Source: Mobula hypostoma
Taxonomy: Eukaryota
Length of the DNA stretch: 64,000 bases
Assembly (NCBI RefSeq): GCF_963921235.1
Contig: NC_086108.1
Span: 76,076,001 to 76,140,000 of the forward strand
Direction of reading: 5' to 3'
The position numbers and the translations under genes were made by a program. Positions within the stretch are counted from its first letter, which is position 1, and each line of letters starts with the position of its first letter. Below the pieces are notes generated by a model. It saw nothing but the letters and a program-made list of their open reading frames with translations. It was not told the DNA's origin and ran no database searches. Positions 61,332 through 64,000 of this stretch are shown here, in pieces.

Positions 61332-62142
61332 GTAAGTAAAAGCAAATGATCTGTAATGGTTTTATCATTGCTCACTTTTTATGGTTATTTAAAGAATGTT
61401 GAACTTTAGATTTACAGCAGCCTCCTGTGGCTGAAAAGCAATATTACAGTGCAATCTTATTCCACTGTGCTGGATTCTACTAACAGTTTACGGATCTTTT
61501 TGGCTTGGAACATTGGGAAAATCATTCCTTGAAAATTTTTATCAATGCGAATTAGCAGAAGATCACCATCTCATCGTAATGTAGTGGAGTAAATTTTAGA
61601 TTAGAAATAATGCATAACTGCAATTTGACAGTCAGAAAATGAAGGGTAAAAAATCCTAATTATAGAATTGTATATGTGTTGTAGACTCTTCTTAAACATG
61701 CTTAAGAAGATCTATGTAATCAGTCCCATTTACTTTCAACGAAGCTTTATATTTATTCTTTTCAAAAATCATGAAATTATTGGATTCTTTAAAAGCACCA
61801 TATGTTGCACCACAGCATGCATGTCTGGAGTCTGCTTTGGTGAGTAAGGGAGTTGATAATGCTTCAATTATTTATTTGTTTAATTTAGTTTTATATTTAA
61901 ATTTTCTTAACCATGCAGTTTGCACTTGCAACTGTAAGCAAGTAATAAAAAAGTGGTATATATAGCCTGTCGGTCTTTTGGGTGATTAAATAGTGGCAGC
62001 TGATTAACTGCAGTTATTGCGAGCTTACTTGTAACTGGATATACAAATTAATGGGCTTTGTTAAAACACAGAGGGCAATGTCTAAAGAGTGTTGAATTTG
62101 GTGAATAAAGGACTATAGTAAAGTAAGTGGAACAGTAGTGTA

Positions 62143-62375
62143 GGGTGGTACAGCAGCGTTGCGGTTGGTTAGTGCATCACTTTACAGCACCAGTGATTAC
62201 TTATCGGGGTTCTATTCTCATTGTTTTATACACTTTCCCTGAGATGCGTAGGTTTCCTCTAGGTGCTCTGGTTTCCTCCCACATTCCAAAGACGTACTTG
62301 TAGAGTTATTGAGTTGTTGCCATTCTGTGTTCGAGCCGAAAGTGTGCAACACTTGCCTAGCATAATCTTTGCTGA
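62143..62375 (+). mobile_element. tRNA-derived V-SINE (HE1-like), degraded
   Basis: A/B-box-like head and V-domain GGTTTCCTCTAGGTGCTCTGGTTTCCTCCCACATTCCAAAGAC. Confidence 0.75.
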
Positions 62376-63589
62376 TGTCAAATCAAATTGAATTAAGTTT
62401 AATTATCCTTCAACCATACAAAAATATAGCCGAATGTAACAGAATTCCAAGACCCTGAGTGATATGTCCCACAGTTAATGGTACAGTCTCTTGATAATGT
62501 ACAGACACATGCAATCCAGCCTGTCATCCACCGATTGAACACAAAAGGGCAGCATCAACGGGAGAGACCAGCTCCAAGCCAAGTATGGCTGCCACACTGC
62601 ACTGTCTCCAGCGTCTCCTCTCCTGGTCAGCAGCATGCAAGCCCGCAACTTGAGGCCTAGTCCTCACTACAACCAGGCTGCCGGCTTCTATGTCATCAGT
62701 CGCACCACCAGACAAGGGTAACAGACCTGCGGCAGCTTACATTGTCAATGTCCAAAGAGTCTTGCAATCCCAGGTGAAATGTCAGAGACAAAATCACCCA
62801 CTGTTATACTGCATGCTGCTTTTGCAGATCAACTCCATTGCCTTAGAGTAGCAAGAAGCAACACTGTCTGCAGCCAGGTCAACTCCTTCCCCGACATCCT
62901 GGTCAGCCCCTTCGACAATAGTCCAGCTACTCCGATCAACAAACAGCTCACTGATGGCATAGCCCTGCAGTACCCAAAGTTCTTGCAGTAGAATTGTCTT
63001 GTGATCATAAAAAAAGCACCTTTGGTTGGCCCCCAAGAGGCTGCTGTATGCAAGCGCCACCATCTTAACAAATAAGACCTGATTTGATTTGACACAAAAC
63101 AATACATTTCATTGGATGTTGCACTGTACATGTGACAAAGTTCATCTTTAAAAAAAATCATCACTGCAGTTTTATAATTAAAAGATGAAATAAATTATTC
63201 TGAGTTCTGCTTAGTGAGCTACCTTAAACAGGAACAGAAATGGTTAGTTATCTCAGACTTGTAGAGTGCACAACCTGTGCAAGGCAGAAACTCCAGGCAG
63301 TTTCCTATGCCTTAGATAATCTTATTTGCTGGGCATGTCGTCAGTTGGAAAAGCTCAGGTTTGGGTTTTGTTCTTTGAGCAATAGATGGTCTATAGATGG
63401 TGCTTTGTAGATAGCAAAATTCAAGAGGTGGTCACCTCACAGCTCAAGAAAGTTGTTAAATGAGTGAATTATGTCTATTCAAAATGTTTTCTCATTTATC
63501 TCCTAGTACCAGATAATAGATTGACATTGAAGAAGAGTTGGGGCAGGGTGTAACACCATGCTATGCAGTGGCAAGGAGCAATAAATATT

Positions 63590-63690
63590 CTGCCCTGAAG
63601 AAGGGTCTCGGCTCAAAACGTCGACTGTTTATTCATTTCCATAGGTGCTGTCTGATCTGCTGAGTTCCTCCAGCATTTTGTGTGTGTTGC
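63590..63690 (+). mobile_element. ~100-bp Penelope 3'-end insertion with mutated hammerhead core
   Basis: TSD (GC)AATAAATATT at 63578-63589 and 63689-63700; CTGAAGA-AGGGTCTCGGCTC-AAAA-CGTC-GAC (GAAA changed to AAAA). Confidence 0.75.
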
Positions 63691-64000
63691 AATAAATATT
63701 TGCTCTTTAGTATCAGCATTCTGTGGAGGATTATACCGTTGCTATAATACATAATACATAATTGTAATACATAATACAATTATGTATTATGTATTAATAG
63801 CATAATACATGCTATTATGTTCTTTTTCTGAACATAATAGCATGTTCAGAAAAAGAAGAAAACCAGATAAATCATCAATCAAGGCATTGAATTTGGAGAT
63901 GGCAGAGTAATTTGTAGGCCAGATGAACTTGTGACGTTCTTGTCTCAAACATGTGGGGATTGGTATCTAAATTGGCAGAGCTGTCCCACAGATGAATTAA

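Noticed and set aside
62143..62225. tRNA gene
   Set aside because: Degenerate boxes, no cloverleaf, and followed by a V-SINE domain

Overview
Vertebrate genomic DNA, about 90% transposon-derived. The repeat set (abundant CR1, Rex1/Babar, V-SINE, Penelope) suggests a cartilaginous fish; this is inference only. The one host gene I recognise is DMAP1 on the + strand. Its coding exons are 53181-53279 (MATGADVRDILELGG...) and 61240-61331 (KKSKKSTETLTFKRPEGMHREVYALLYSDK). A candidate ZNF143/ETS housekeeping promoter and non-coding exon 1 lie at ~230-399, and a candidate second UTR exon at 46781-46884, so most of the window would be a ~53 kb 5'-UTR intron region. That region holds nested L2, Rex1, Tx1, CR1, hAT, Tigger, Tc1, Harbinger, SINE and a complete but defective Gypsy element; an L1 lies in the next intron. 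The most interesting signal is a young Penelope-like (GIY-YIG) retroelement family. It includes a near-intact partial-tandem copy (47953-52412), and its terminal repeats carry minimal, dimer-requiring hammerhead ribozyme motifs. Related small insertions include a 210-bp hairpin with the hammerhead at its tip. Three intact motifs are sense to the DMAP1 pre-mRNA. Also notable are a non-autonomous hAT that carries a captured CR1 3' end, a gag-pol -1 frameshift signal, and a 1.3-kb pyrimidine tract. Boundaries of old, degraded repeats are approximate; all assignments are by eye, without database searches.
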